Shown: positions 18,708 to 27,631, numbered from the stretch's first letter. The stretch: 64,000 bases of DNA from Bacteroidales bacterium (GCA_022360575.1 JAKSCO010000347.1:8786-72785); one strand, 5' to 3'. Notes: generated by a model not told the origin, from the letters alone. Numbers and translations: made by a program.

Positions 18708-20987
18708 ATGAAGAACCTTATTGCTTTAACCTGTTTAGTCTTATTAAATTCTTTAGCTAATGCTCAAATTGGAGTAGGTGAATGGAGAGATCATTTTTCT
18801 TTTAAATACTCACTAAGTGTTGCTGAATCATCGCAGAGTGTTTTTGTTTCATCTCGAAGTGGAGTATTAGTTTACAGTAAGAAAGATAAAACAATAAAAA
18901 AACTTACTAAAACAAATAAATTATCGGATATCGAAATTTCGAGCATCTTCTTTTCTAAAAACAATCATGTTTTAATTGTAGGATATCTTAATGGAAATGT
19001 AGACTTAGTTTATGATGATAGTGTTTTTAATCTTTCGGATATAAAACGGAAAATGATTAATGCAAGTAAAAAAATTAATCATATTTATGTAAAAGATAAT
19101 TTAGCTTACTTATCGTGTGGTTTCGGAATAGTTGTTTTAAATCTGAATCGAAAGGAAGTAAAAGATACTTATTACATTGGTGATTTAGGTAGCTTTATAA
19201 ATGTTAATCAGGTTACTTCTTATCAGGATTCGTTATATGCTGCTACCAGCCATGGTATTTTTGTTGCAAATAATAATTCGAATTTAGCCAACTATAACAA
19301 TTGGCGCCAAATAACCAGCATTCCATCGCATAATGAAAATTATAGTTCTATTTATATAGATAATGGAAATATTTTAGCAAATCAATATAAGGATTCAGAA
19401 AATGATATTCTGCGATTATACCAATCAGGAATATGGTCTGTTTTGAGTGATAAATATTCAGATATTAAAAGTATAAAGGCATATAATTCGGAAATTTTAG
19501 TTACGACCCCCAAAAAAATTTTGATATACAATCAGAGTTTCTTGCTAAATGATAGTATAAAAAGTACGGGTTCTGTTACAATTAATCCTGTTGATGTAAG
19601 CACTATAGATAATCAAACTTATTGGGTTGCTGATAGAGGAAATAGCTTAATAAAAGTGGATAATCAGATGCAAGTGATTAGTCCAAATTCGCCTTATACC
19701 TCGCAGGCTTATAATATTGATGTTGATAAAGATAAAGTTGTTGTTGTCCCTGGGGGAATTACACCTTCATTTAATAATAATTTCATAAATGCATCTTTAT
19801 ATGTTTTTGATAAAGAGCAATGGCAATCTTATTTTAATTACGAGTCGAAAGATTACATTGTTGTTAAAATAGATCCAACTAATAGCAATCGATATTTTGC
19901 CGGGTCGTGGGGAGATGGTGTTTTCGAATATGAGAATAATAAATTAAAAGCTAATTATAATAATACAAATAGTAGTTTACAAACTATCGGGAATAATGAT
20001 GGTTTTGTGCGGATAGGGGGCTTAGCTTTTGATAGTGATAACAATTTATGGGTAACAAATTCGAGTGTAGATAAACCCATATCAGTACGAAAAGCCAATG
20101 GCGAATGGCTTAGCTATAGCTATAATAATATAATTAGAGGATATCTAACTTCGCAGATTATTGTTACAAGGAATAATCACAAATGGCTTGTATTGTCTGC
20201 AGGAAATGGCCTTTTTGTTTTCGATGATAAGAAAACTCTTGACGATGAAAGTGATGATTCGTATAAAAAATTAAATGTTATTGATGAAAATGGAATTATA
20301 ATAACAAATAGGACTCATGCTATTAGCGAAGATCTTGATGGAAATATTTGGGTAGGTACAGATAAAGGAATTGTAGTTTATTATAACCCTGAAGAGGTTT
20401 TCGAAAATCAATCGTTCCATGCAAAGCAAATAGTATTAACTATTGGTGAAGCTACGGGTATATTACTCGAGAAAGAAGCTGTAAATACTATTGCTGTTGA
20501 TGGAGCAAATCGAAAATGGCTTGGCACAGAAAATTCTGGTGCATATTTGGTATCGAAAGACGGAACGGAACAGATTAATCATTTTACAAAGGATAACAGT
20601 CCATTACCTTCGAATAAAATATATAATATTTCAATCAATCATGAATCGGGCGAAATATTTTTTGCTACAGAAAAGGGTCTTGTTTCATATCGAGGATCAG
20701 CAACTATGGGTGGTGATGATTATAGAGATGTATATGTTTATCCTAATCCTGTTAGAGAAGATTATGAAGGAGATATTACCATTAGAGGTTTAGTTGCTAA
20801 TGTTACTGTTAAAATTACTGATATTAGTGGTAGTTTAGTTTACGAAACAAAAGCAGAAGGAGGTCAGGCGGTTTGGAATGGTAAAAATTTTAATGGGGAA
20901 AAACCCAGTACTGGAGTTTATTTGGTGTTTTGTACAAATACTGATGGAACAAAAACTTATGTTACTAAGTTTTTGTTTGTAAAATAA
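18708..20987 (+). CDS. Double beta-propeller protein with a T9SS C-terminal domain, PorZ-like
   Basis: 759 aa with a signal peptide. Propeller-type repeats run throughout (for example NIWVGTDKGIVVY and RKWLGTENSGAYLVSKDG). The C-terminus is VYVYPNPVREDYEGDITIRGLVANVTVKITDISGSLVYE...GVYLVFCTNTDGTKTYVTKFLFVK. Size and architecture match my memory of PorZ. This was not verified by a search. Confidence 0.55.
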   Translation: MKNLIALTCLVLLNSLANAQIGVGEWRDHFSFKYSLSVAESSQSVFVSSRSGVLVYSKKDKTIKKLTKTNKLSDIEISSIFFSKNNHVLIVGYLNGNVDLVYDDSVFNLSDIKRKMINASKKINHIYVKDNLAYLSCGFGIVVLNLNRKEVKDTYYIGDLGSFINVNQVTSYQDSLYAATSHGIFVANNNSNLANYNNWRQITSIPSHNENYSSIYIDNGNILANQYKDSENDILRLYQSGIWSVLSDKYSDIKSIKAYNSEILVTTPKKILIYNQSFLLNDSIKSTGSVTINPVDVSTIDNQTYWVADRGNSLIKVDNQMQVISPNSPYTSQAYNIDVDKDKVVVVPGGITPSFNNNFINASLYVFDKEQWQSYFNYESKDYIVVKIDPTNSNRYFAGSWGDGVFEYENNKLKANYNNTNSSLQTIGNNDGFVRIGGLAFDSDNNLWVTNSSVDKPISVRKANGEWLSYSYNNIIRGYLTSQIIVTRNNHKWLVLSAGNGLFVFDDKKTLDDESDDSYKKLNVIDENGIIITNRTHAISEDLDGNIWVGTDKGIVVYYNPEEVFENQSFHAKQIVLTIGEATGILLEKEAVNTIAVDGANRKWLGTENSGAYLVSKDGTEQINHFTKDNSPLPSNKIYNISINHESGEIFFATEKGLVSYRGSATMGGDDYRDVYVYPNPVREDYEGDITIRGLVANVTVKITDISGSLVYETKAEGGQAVWNGKNFNGEKPSTGVYLVFCTNTDGTKTYVTKFLFVK

Positions 20988-21009
20988 ATTAGAGTCAATA
21001 TATTTCTTT

Positions 21010-21810
21010 TTATATAGTAAGTTCTATCTCGTATCCATTATGTTTTCTAATGTTTAAAACCAGACCGTCGTCGAAAATAAGGTATTGCCCTTTTATTCCG
21101 ATTAGTGTACCCGAGATACTAGATTCTTTATCAAAAGAAAACGATTTTACTTTCTCGGGATATTTTAAAACAGGATAATTCAAATCTAAAACTTCATCGT
21201 TATTATTTATAAAGTAAGAAGACAAATCTTTTTTAACCAATTCTTGAGCTTTTTCTTTTTGTTCTCTTAGGTCAATGCTTTTATCAATTTTATTGGTTAG
21301 CATATTGCGCCAGTTTGTTTTATCCGCAAAATGCTTTTTTAGATTTACTTCAATCTGTCCTGCAATATTTCGATTGGGTGTTTTAGCTATTTTGATAGCA
21401 CTACTCGCTCCTTGATCAATCCATCGAGTAGGTACCTGCGATAAACGAGTAACACCAACTTTTAAATTACTCGAAATAGCTAAATAAACAATATGTTCTT
21501 GCAAACAATGTTTACGTGCCCATTCCATATCGCGCGAAATCCCTTCTTGAGCTTTGCAGAGCTCAGGTTTTAAAATACAATCATCGGTTTCGGGAGCTGT
21601 TTTGAAACAAGGATAGCAAAATCCTTGATGATACGATTTCGTAGTTTCTCTTCCGCAACGAATACAATGAATCATGTTTAAAAATGAAAGAGATATTTTT
21701 TTATTAATTAAGTCATTTAATAAAATTTCTTGCTTGTTTAATGTTAAATAATACTGGATAGTACTGTCCAGTGCGGTTCTCATTTTTAATAATTGTCCTG
21801 TAATTTTCAT
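21010..21810 (-). CDS. Zinc-ribbon-containing conserved protein (DUF2797-like)
   Basis: The track start at 21831 is a TTG; the first ATG is at 21810 (MKITGQLL...). The Cys pairs are CIRCGRETTKSYHQGFCYPCF. The remainder resembles DUF2797 proteins from memory. Confidence 0.5.
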   Translation of the reverse strand: MKITGQLLKMRTALDSTIQYYLTLNKQEILLNDLINKKISLSFLNMIHCIRCGRETTKSYHQGFCYPCFKTAPETDDCILKPELCKAQEGISRDMEWARKHCLQEHIVYLAISSNLKVGVTRLSQVPTRWIDQGASSAIKIAKTPNRNIAGQIEVNLKKHFADKTNWRNMLTNKIDKSIDLREQKEKAQELVKKDLSSYFINNNDEVLDLNYPVLKYPEKVKSFSFDKESSISGTLIGIKGQYLIFDDGLVLNIRKHNGYEIELTI

Positions 21811-21914
21811 TAGATGCTTAATTTTTACCAAAAATAATAAAAATAGTTATTGACTATAATTTCTTTTTTTGAAAATAACAGTACTTTGTTTTGCATGGTA
21901 CTATTATTTTTATA

Positions 21915-21922
21915 TATCTTTG
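21915..21922 (+). promoter_or_regulatory. Candidate Bacteroidota -7 promoter box (TAnnTTTG)
   Basis: TATCTTTG lies 49 nt upstream of the ATG at 21971. This is a motif match only. Confidence 0.3.
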
Positions 21923-21970
21923 TATTGTATTTTTGTTTGTATTGTATAATACTAATTAAGAACAGATATT

Positions 21971-22582
21971 ATGAAAGCTACTATAACAATAAATTTAGGA
22001 GGGAAAATATTTCATATTGATGACGATGCTTATGAAATGTTACATGCATACTTAGTTGCTGTAGAACAACAATTTTTAAGTGATGACGAAAGAAAAGAAG
22101 TAATGTCTGATGTTGAGATTCGCTTATCAGAACTATTTGCCGAAAATTTAGGAAAAAACAGAGATGTTATAATGAAAAGCGATGTAAATAAGGTTATTGA
22201 AATAATGGGTGAACCTAAAGATTTTACCGATACAGAAGAAGAAAAGACAAACAATCAAAAGAAAAATTATTCTTGTGGTTCTCAACATAAATACCGTAAG
22301 TTATATCGCGATCCGGATAATCGTATTCTGGGAGGTGTATGTGGTGGTTTAGGAGCCTATTTTAATATCGATAGAGTAATCTTTCGGATTATATTCATTA
22401 TAGCCTCTTGTGGAGCTGGAGCAGGGATAATTATTTATCTTATTTTATTTATTGTTACACCAGAAGCAACTACTGCGGCACAAAAACTCGAGATGAAAGG
22501 AAATCCAATTACTCTGGAGAATATAATAAAAATTGTGCGCGAAGAATTTAAGAACATTTATAACAATATGAAATCTTCATGA
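21971..22582 (+). CDS. PspC-domain membrane protein with an N-terminal HAAS/DUF1700-like helical domain (short paralog)
   Basis: 203 aa. The N-terminus is MKATITINLGGKIFHIDDDAYEMLHAYLVAVEQQFLSDDERKEVMSDVEIRLSELF...VIEIMGEPKDF. The PspC motif is LYRDPDNRILGGVCGGLGAYFNIDRVIFRIIFII, followed by a TM helix. Confidence 0.8.
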   Translation: MKATITINLGGKIFHIDDDAYEMLHAYLVAVEQQFLSDDERKEVMSDVEIRLSELFAENLGKNRDVIMKSDVNKVIEIMGEPKDFTDTEEEKTNNQKKNYSCGSQHKYRKLYRDPDNRILGGVCGGLGAYFNIDRVIFRIIFIIASCGAGAGIIIYLILFIVTPEATTAAQKLEMKGNPITLENIIKIVREEFKNIYNNMKSS

Positions 22583-22736
22583 TAAATAAAGCTTAATAGT
22601 ATCAATTTTGGGTATTAAAATTATGGAGGTTTACAAGCGAATAATCAGAAATATCTCTTGTAACAAAGAAAAATAAACATAACTAAAGAAAAGTATAAAC
22701 GGATAAAGTTTTAATGCTCTTTTAAATAGAACAAAT

Positions 22737-23066
22737 ATGAAGTTAGAAAATACAAAAGCCCAGATGAAAAAAGGTGTATTAGAATTCTGTATTCTATCTA
22801 TTTTGTCAGAAAAGGATTATTATGCATCAGATATCATTAAAGCATTAAAAGAAGCTAAAATGATTGTAGTAGAAGGAACTCTTTATCCTCTTTTAACTCG
22901 ATTGAAAAATGCAGAATTATTGAGTTATCGTTGGGAAGAGTCTACACAAGGACCTCCACGAAAATACTATACCTTAACTGAAACGGGGAAAGAATATTTG
23001 AAAGAGTTGGATGTTTCTTGGACTAATTTGGTAAAGGCAGTAAACTCAATAAAAAAACAAAAATAG
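22737..23066 (+). CDS. PadR-family winged-helix transcriptional regulator
   Basis: 109 aa. The diagnostic segment is GVLEFCILSILSEKDYYASDIIKALKEAKMIVVEGTLYPLLTRLKNAELLSYRWEESTQGPPRKYYTLTETGKEYL. Confidence 0.9.
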   Translation: MKLENTKAQMKKGVLEFCILSILSEKDYYASDIIKALKEAKMIVVEGTLYPLLTRLKNAELLSYRWEESTQGPPRKYYTLTETGKEYLKELDVSWTNLVKAVNSIKKQK

Positions 23067-23089
23067 CTTAATCGTTAAACTATAAACAA

Positions 23090-24637
23090 ATGAAAAAGAT
23101 TATAAAAATAAATATAGGCGGCACAATTTTTCATTTAGATGATGATGCACATCAATTATTGCAAAATTATTTGATTTCGGTTAATCAAAAGTTTGTGTCG
23201 GACAACGAGAGAAACGAAATAATATCAGATATAGAACATCGTATAGCAGAGATATTACAGAGTAAGCTCTCGAAACAGAAAGAAGTTATAACTAAAGAAG
23301 ATATTGAAGAGCTTATCGGAATTATGGGAAAACCCGAAGATTTTGATGACGAAACCTCAGATTCGGAGGTAAACAACGATAAACAGGCAGATTCGAAAAA
23401 GAAACTTTATAGAGATCCAGATAATAAGATTCTCGGAGGTGTTTGTTCGGGAATCGCAAATTATTTTAACATTGATCCTTTAATTGTGCGTATCTTGTTT
23501 TTTGTTATGGTATGGGCTTATGGAGCATCGGCCATTGTTTATTTTGTTCTTTGGATTGTTTTGCCTTTAGCTACAACAACCGCCGAAAAGCTAAATATGA
23601 AAGGCAAAAAATTTAATATATCCGATATCGAAAAAAATGCAAGAAAAGAATATGAGGGAGAAAAAAACAATCCAGTAGGAGAGATTGTAAAAAGCTTTTT
23701 TAATGCTTTGGGTTATATGTTTCGATTCTTGTTTCGGTTTATTGCCATTATCATAGGTTTAGTTTTAGTGCTTTCAGGTATTGGATTTTTGTTAGGATTT
23801 ACCGGAACTCTTTTTATTGGTAGACCTCTTATGCCTTGGAATAACCTGATAATAAATGATCATTTAGTTTTGGTTGATGTTTTTAACTTACTAATGGATC
23901 CGAACGTTATATGGCTTTTTTCTATTTGTCTGATATTGGTTGTGTTTATACCTATAATTGCTATTACTTACGGAGGGTTTAAATTGCTTTTAGGATTAAG
24001 ACCTAACGATAAAGTTATAGCTAAGGTTGGGGTTTTTACTTGGATAATTAGTTTAATTACACTAATAGCTATTGTTGGAATCCAAGTTCAGGATATATCA
24101 TACTCGGCAGTTGATAATGAAATTGTAACAATAGAAAAGCCTAAAAACAAAATACTGTATCTAAAATCAAAACTAAACAAATCGGCAAAAGTTTCTACCT
24201 TTTATATTTTCGATAATGAATATAATGTTGTTTTAGACAAAAACAATAACGAGAAATTGTATGATTACCCCAGAATAAACATAGAAAGAGGATATTCTGA
24301 TAATGTAGAGATTAAAATAGACAAAATAGGACGAGGAAGTAATCGTAGCGAGGCTTTTAACAATGCAAATGATATAAAATATCATGTAACACAAAAAGGG
24401 AATGAAATTATTTTTGATGCTGTTTATTCCTTATCAGACAAAAAAGAATGGAGGTTTCCGAAAGTATATGTTGATATAAAAATCCCGAAAGGATATATAA
24501 TATATATTGATAAATCGCTAGAAGATCAATTAAGAGAAATTTATTTTGAAGAATATCGTTTTAGATATAAAGCTTTAAATAAATATTGGGAAATGACCGA
24601 AGATGGACTAGATGAGTACACAAAGGAAATTCCCTAG
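23090..24637 (+). CDS. PspC-domain membrane protein with an N-terminal HAAS/DUF1700-like domain and a large C-terminal extracytoplasmic region (long paralog)
   Basis: 515 aa. The N-terminus MKKIIKINIGGTIFHLDDDAHQLLQNYLISVNQKFVSDNERNEIISDIEHRIAEIL...LIGIMGKPEDF is a paralog of 21971..22582. The PspC motif is LYRDPDNKILGGVCSGIANYFNIDPLIVRILFFV. Several TM helices follow. Confidence 0.8.
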   Translation: MKKIIKINIGGTIFHLDDDAHQLLQNYLISVNQKFVSDNERNEIISDIEHRIAEILQSKLSKQKEVITKEDIEELIGIMGKPEDFDDETSDSEVNNDKQADSKKKLYRDPDNKILGGVCSGIANYFNIDPLIVRILFFVMVWAYGASAIVYFVLWIVLPLATTTAEKLNMKGKKFNISDIEKNARKEYEGEKNNPVGEIVKSFFNALGYMFRFLFRFIAIIIGLVLVLSGIGFLLGFTGTLFIGRPLMPWNNLIINDHLVLVDVFNLLMDPNVIWLFSICLILVVFIPIIAITYGGFKLLLGLRPNDKVIAKVGVFTWIISLITLIAIVGIQVQDISYSAVDNEIVTIEKPKNKILYLKSKLNKSAKVSTFYIFDNEYNVVLDKNNNEKLYDYPRINIERGYSDNVEIKIDKIGRGSNRSEAFNNANDIKYHVTQKGNEIIFDAVYSLSDKKEWRFPKVYVDIKIPKGYIIYIDKSLEDQLREIYFEEYRFRYKALNKYWEMTEDGLDEYTKEIP

Positions 24638-24669
24638 GATTAAATTATTACGAAATTACTTTTTATGTA

Positions 24670-24705
24670 AGCGACAGGATATTAAACCTGTCGCTTTTGT
24701 TTTTA
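24670..24705 (+). terminator. Rho-independent terminator
   Basis: The stem is gcgacagg (24671-24678) / cctgtcgc (24687-24694) with an 8-nt loop, followed by ttttgttttt. Confidence 0.75.
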
Positions 24706-25032
24706 ATGAAAGAGATAAATTTTAATATACAGTAGATATCAAAGAAGGGACTGTACGATAACAATATGATTTAATATAATTTAACAATTAAGCGGCTTGC
24801 TTTTTATAACTTATAGCTTATAAATTCGAATTACATTTTGGTTTAACAGTTGTTTTGCAGCAATATACTACAATAATAAGAGAAGCGGAAGTTTGTAAGT
24901 TGCTGAGTTAATTTTCGTTAAAAAAGGTTAATCCTGTATCTTTTCTCTCTAAAAACCTGTAATATTATACAACAGCCGGCTTTTTAAATGATTTTGTGGG
25001 GAAGGATTTTTTTTACCTTAAAACCTATTAAC

Positions 25033-25707
25033 ATGAAACTTAAAAAAACAAAGAAAGCAAATTTGGAGAATTATAGAATCCTATTTCTTCAAATCGGAAT
25101 CGTACTAACACTCTCACTTTTATTAGCTGCTTTCGAATGGAAAACTGATGTTAACATCGAAGAGCTAACTTTAGAAAACGTAGATTGGACCGAAGCTGAA
25201 GTTATAATTCCTATAACCGAAGCAAGAGAGGAGGTAAAAGCTGTTAAACCTCCGTCGTTTGAGCTTGTTATTGTTGAAAACGAAAGAAACATAATTGACG
25301 AAGATCTTTCAGATTTAATAAGCGAAGTAGACGAAAACACAGCAATAACTATTTATGAGCTTAACGAAGAACCTGAGGAAATTAATGAAGAACCACTGCT
25401 ATTTGCTCAGTTTATGCCAAAATTTAAAGGTGGTGACGAAAATCGTTTTAGAGAATATATTTCAAATAACGTAAAGTTTCCGGCTATAGCTGCCGAGAGT
25501 GCTATTGCCGGAGTTGTTTATGCTTCGTTTGTCGTAAACAAAAAAGGGAAAGTTACAAATGTTGAGGTAGTAAGAGGAGTGCATCCAGTTATTGATAAGG
25601 CAGTAGTTAAAGTTATTAAAAACTCGCCCGATTGGGAACCCGGAATTAATAATGGGAAATATGTTAATATTAAATACACTATTCCGGTAAAGTTTAAGCT
25701 ACTGTAA
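25033..25707 (+). CDS. Energy transducer TonB-family protein
   Basis: The track ORF starts at 24988. I prefer the ATG at 25033 (MKLKKTKKANLENYR...), which is followed by a TM helix (FLQIGIVLTLSLLLAAF). There is an acidic linker. The C-terminal TonB domain is FMPKFKGGDENRFREYISNNVKFPAIAAESAIAGVVYASFVVNKKGKVTNVEVVRGVHPVIDKAVVKVI. Confidence 0.8.
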   Translation: MKLKKTKKANLENYRILFLQIGIVLTLSLLLAAFEWKTDVNIEELTLENVDWTEAEVIIPITEAREEVKAVKPPSFELVIVENERNIIDEDLSDLISEVDENTAITIYELNEEPEEINEEPLLFAQFMPKFKGGDENRFREYISNNVKFPAIAAESAIAGVVYASFVVNKKGKVTNVEVVRGVHPVIDKAVVKVIKNSPDWEPGINNGKYVNIKYTIPVKFKLL

Positions 25708-25728
25708 TATTTAAATTTGATAGGGAGT

Positions 25729-25755
25729 AAGCCGGTTTATCCGGCTTTTTTATTT
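25729..25755 (+). terminator. Rho-independent terminator
   Basis: The stem is aagccgg (25729-25735) / ccggctt (25741-25747) with the loop tttat, followed by a T-run. Confidence 0.75.
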
Positions 25756-25861
25756 TGTATAAATACCATACCAAAAAAAGATTTTAATATTTTCGGTTTG
25801 TAATGATATTGAGCTTGTTTATTATTTTTTACTAAAGGTATTGAGCTAATAACAAATTTAT

Positions 25862-25869
25862 TACCTTTG
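25862..25869 (+). promoter_or_regulatory. Candidate Bacteroidota -7 promoter box (TAnnTTTG)
   Basis: TACCTTTG lies 31 nt upstream of the hflX ATG. This is a motif match only. Confidence 0.3.
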
Positions 25870-25899
25870 TCGAGTATAAAATTTCGAAATTAATAAAGA

Positions 25900-27093
25900 A
25901 TGCCCAAAAACATAACAACTGCTCCAGAGCCTGAATATGCGGTGTTGGTAGGAGTAACAAATCAAGAGCAAGACGCAAATCAAGTACAAGAATATTTAGA
26001 TGAATTGGCTTTTTTGGTACGAACAGCAGGAGCTACTCCTGTAAAACAGTTTACTCAAAAAGTTAATATTCCAAATCCACGGACTCTTATTGGCGAAGGG
26101 AAACTTGCCGAGATAGAATATTTTGTTAAAGATAACGAAATTGATATGGTTGTGTTTGATGATGATTTAACACCAACACAACATCGTAATATCGAAAAAG
26201 TATTGAAATGTAAATTGCTTGATAGGACAAATCTTATTTTAGATATTTTTGCTAAAAGAGCACAAACAGCTCATGCTAAAACTCAGGTAGAGCTAGCCCA
26301 GTACGAGTATTTGTTGCCACGATTAGCAGGTATGTGGACTCACCTTGAGCGTCAGCGAGGGGGTATAGGAATGCGTGGTCCGGGTGAGCGCGAAATAGAA
26401 ACCGACCGTCGTATTGTGCGCGATAAGATATCTGGATTAAAAGAGCAGCTTAAAAAAATTGATAAGCAAATGGCTACTCAGCGCAAAAACAGAGGTAAGA
26501 TGGTGCGTGTGGCTTTGGTAGGATATACAAATGTGGGTAAATCGACCATAATGAATATGTTGAGCAAATCGGATGTATTTGCCGAAAATAAATTGTTTGC
26601 AACACTCGATACTACAGTGCGTAAGGTCGTAATCGAAAACTTGCCCTTTTTGCTTTCAGATACTGTTGGTTTTATCCGTAAGTTGCCACATAGCTTGGTT
26701 GAGTCGTTTAAATCAACTCTCGATGAGGTGCGCGAATCGGATATATTGTTGCATGTTGTAGATATTTCGCATCCTAATTTCGAAGACCATATTCAAGTTG
26801 TAAATCAAACTCTCAAAGAAATAGGAGAGGTTAATGCCGAAAAGTATATTGTATTTAATAAAATAGATGCTTATACCTACGAAAAGAAAGATGAAGATGA
26901 TTTAACTCCGAAAACAAAAGAAAATTTCTCGCTCGAAGAGCTAAAAAATACATGGATGGCAAAAAACAATGAGCATTGTATTTTTATCTCGGCAAAAGAG
27001 AAAGAGAACATTGAGCAATTTAAAAAGCTAATTTACGATAGAGTAAAAGAAATCCACGCTGTTCGTTATCCTTACAATAACTTTCTGTATTGA
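25900..27093 (+). CDS. hflX: GTPase HflX
   Basis: 397 aa. The HflX N-domain contains AQTAHAKTQVELAQYEYLLPRL...GIGMRGPGEREIETDRR. The G motifs are GYTNVGKST, DTVGFI and NKID. Confidence 0.92.
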   Translation: MPKNITTAPEPEYAVLVGVTNQEQDANQVQEYLDELAFLVRTAGATPVKQFTQKVNIPNPRTLIGEGKLAEIEYFVKDNEIDMVVFDDDLTPTQHRNIEKVLKCKLLDRTNLILDIFAKRAQTAHAKTQVELAQYEYLLPRLAGMWTHLERQRGGIGMRGPGEREIETDRRIVRDKISGLKEQLKKIDKQMATQRKNRGKMVRVALVGYTNVGKSTIMNMLSKSDVFAENKLFATLDTTVRKVVIENLPFLLSDTVGFIRKLPHSLVESFKSTLDEVRESDILLHVVDISHPNFEDHIQVVNQTLKEIGEVNAEKYIVFNKIDAYTYEKKDEDDLTPKTKENFSLEELKNTWMAKNNEHCIFISAKEKENIEQFKKLIYDRVKEIHAVRYPYNNFLY

Positions 27094-27098
27094 TTAAA

Positions 27099-27176
27099 AC
27101 CAAAAGAACATCAAAATGAGTGGTAAAAAAGTTTATTTTTACAAATCCCTCATCTTGAAATTCATTTGATATAAAA
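27099..27176 (+). repeat. Dispersed intergenic element, copy 2 (parts A and B contiguous)
   Basis: The sequence is accaaaagaacatcaaaatgagtgg followed by aaaaaagtttatttttacaaatccctcatcttgaaattcatttgatataa. It matches 1228-1258/1326-1376 and the reverse complement of 13127-13151. Confidence 0.55.
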
Positions 27177-27256
27177 CCAAAGAAACAATAATACAATCCG
27201 AATGGGAGATAGCTTTGCATCTTCCATTTTTTGTTAGTTAAAATAAATCCCTCTCC

Positions 27257-27285
27257 AAAAAAAGCACAGCTTCCAAAGCTGTGCT
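27257..27285 (-). terminator. Rho-independent terminator reading on the minus strand
   Basis: A perfect 9-bp stem, agcacagct (27263-27271) / agctgtgct (27277-27285), has a 5-nt loop. It is preceded on the plus strand by aaaaaaa, which is a U-run on the minus transcript. Confidence 0.7.
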
Positions 27286-27440
27286 ATAATACAGATACTC
27301 TAGATTAATAAAAAAGATTAATTACTGCGAGCTAAAATCCCCAAAGTTTCTAGCATTTGAGGATCGTTATTTAAAGCAACCTTAGCTATTTTTCTGAAAC
27401 AGCTATACCATTCGGCAAGTTTATCTATCAAGATATTATA

Positions 27441-27631
27441 TGAGATTTTGACTTTAATACATCGCTGGGTTTTATAAAATCTACAATTTTCGACCTAACC
27501 CAGCTTGGGTTTTTATGAAATCTGGAGTTTTGAGTCTAACCCAGATTGGGTTTTTGTGAAATCTAGAGTTTTGAGTCTAACCCAGATTGGGTTTTTATGA
27601 AATCTGTGATTTTAGACAAAGCCTAAACGAC
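27441..27631. repeat. Tandem array of a 41-bp unit (one degenerate copy, three good copies, one partial copy), each unit carrying the palindrome AACCCAGnTTGGGTT followed by a T-run
   Basis: The units are 27441-27481 (degenerate), 27482-27522, 27523-27563 and 27564-27604, with a partial unit from 27605. Units 3 and 4 differ at 2 of 41 positions. The palindromes lie at 27497-27511, 27538-27552 and 27579-27593. Confidence 0.9.

Noticed and set aside
27318-27482. Minus-strand open frame ending ...NILIDKLAEWYSCFRKIAKVALNNDPQMLETLGILARSN*, which reads like a genuine helical protein C-terminus
   Set aside because: There is no ATG or GTG start; only a TTG would give about 33 aa. The frame is closed by a TAG inside the repeat array, and its upstream part is made of repeat units. 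At best it is a gene remnant or a tiny ORF, and it is not supportable as a feature.
27441-27631. Possible CRISPR array, because of regularly spaced palindromic repeats
   Set aside because: The 41-bp units are contiguous, with no unique spacers between them. No cas genes are present in the window. The structure is a plain tandem repeat.
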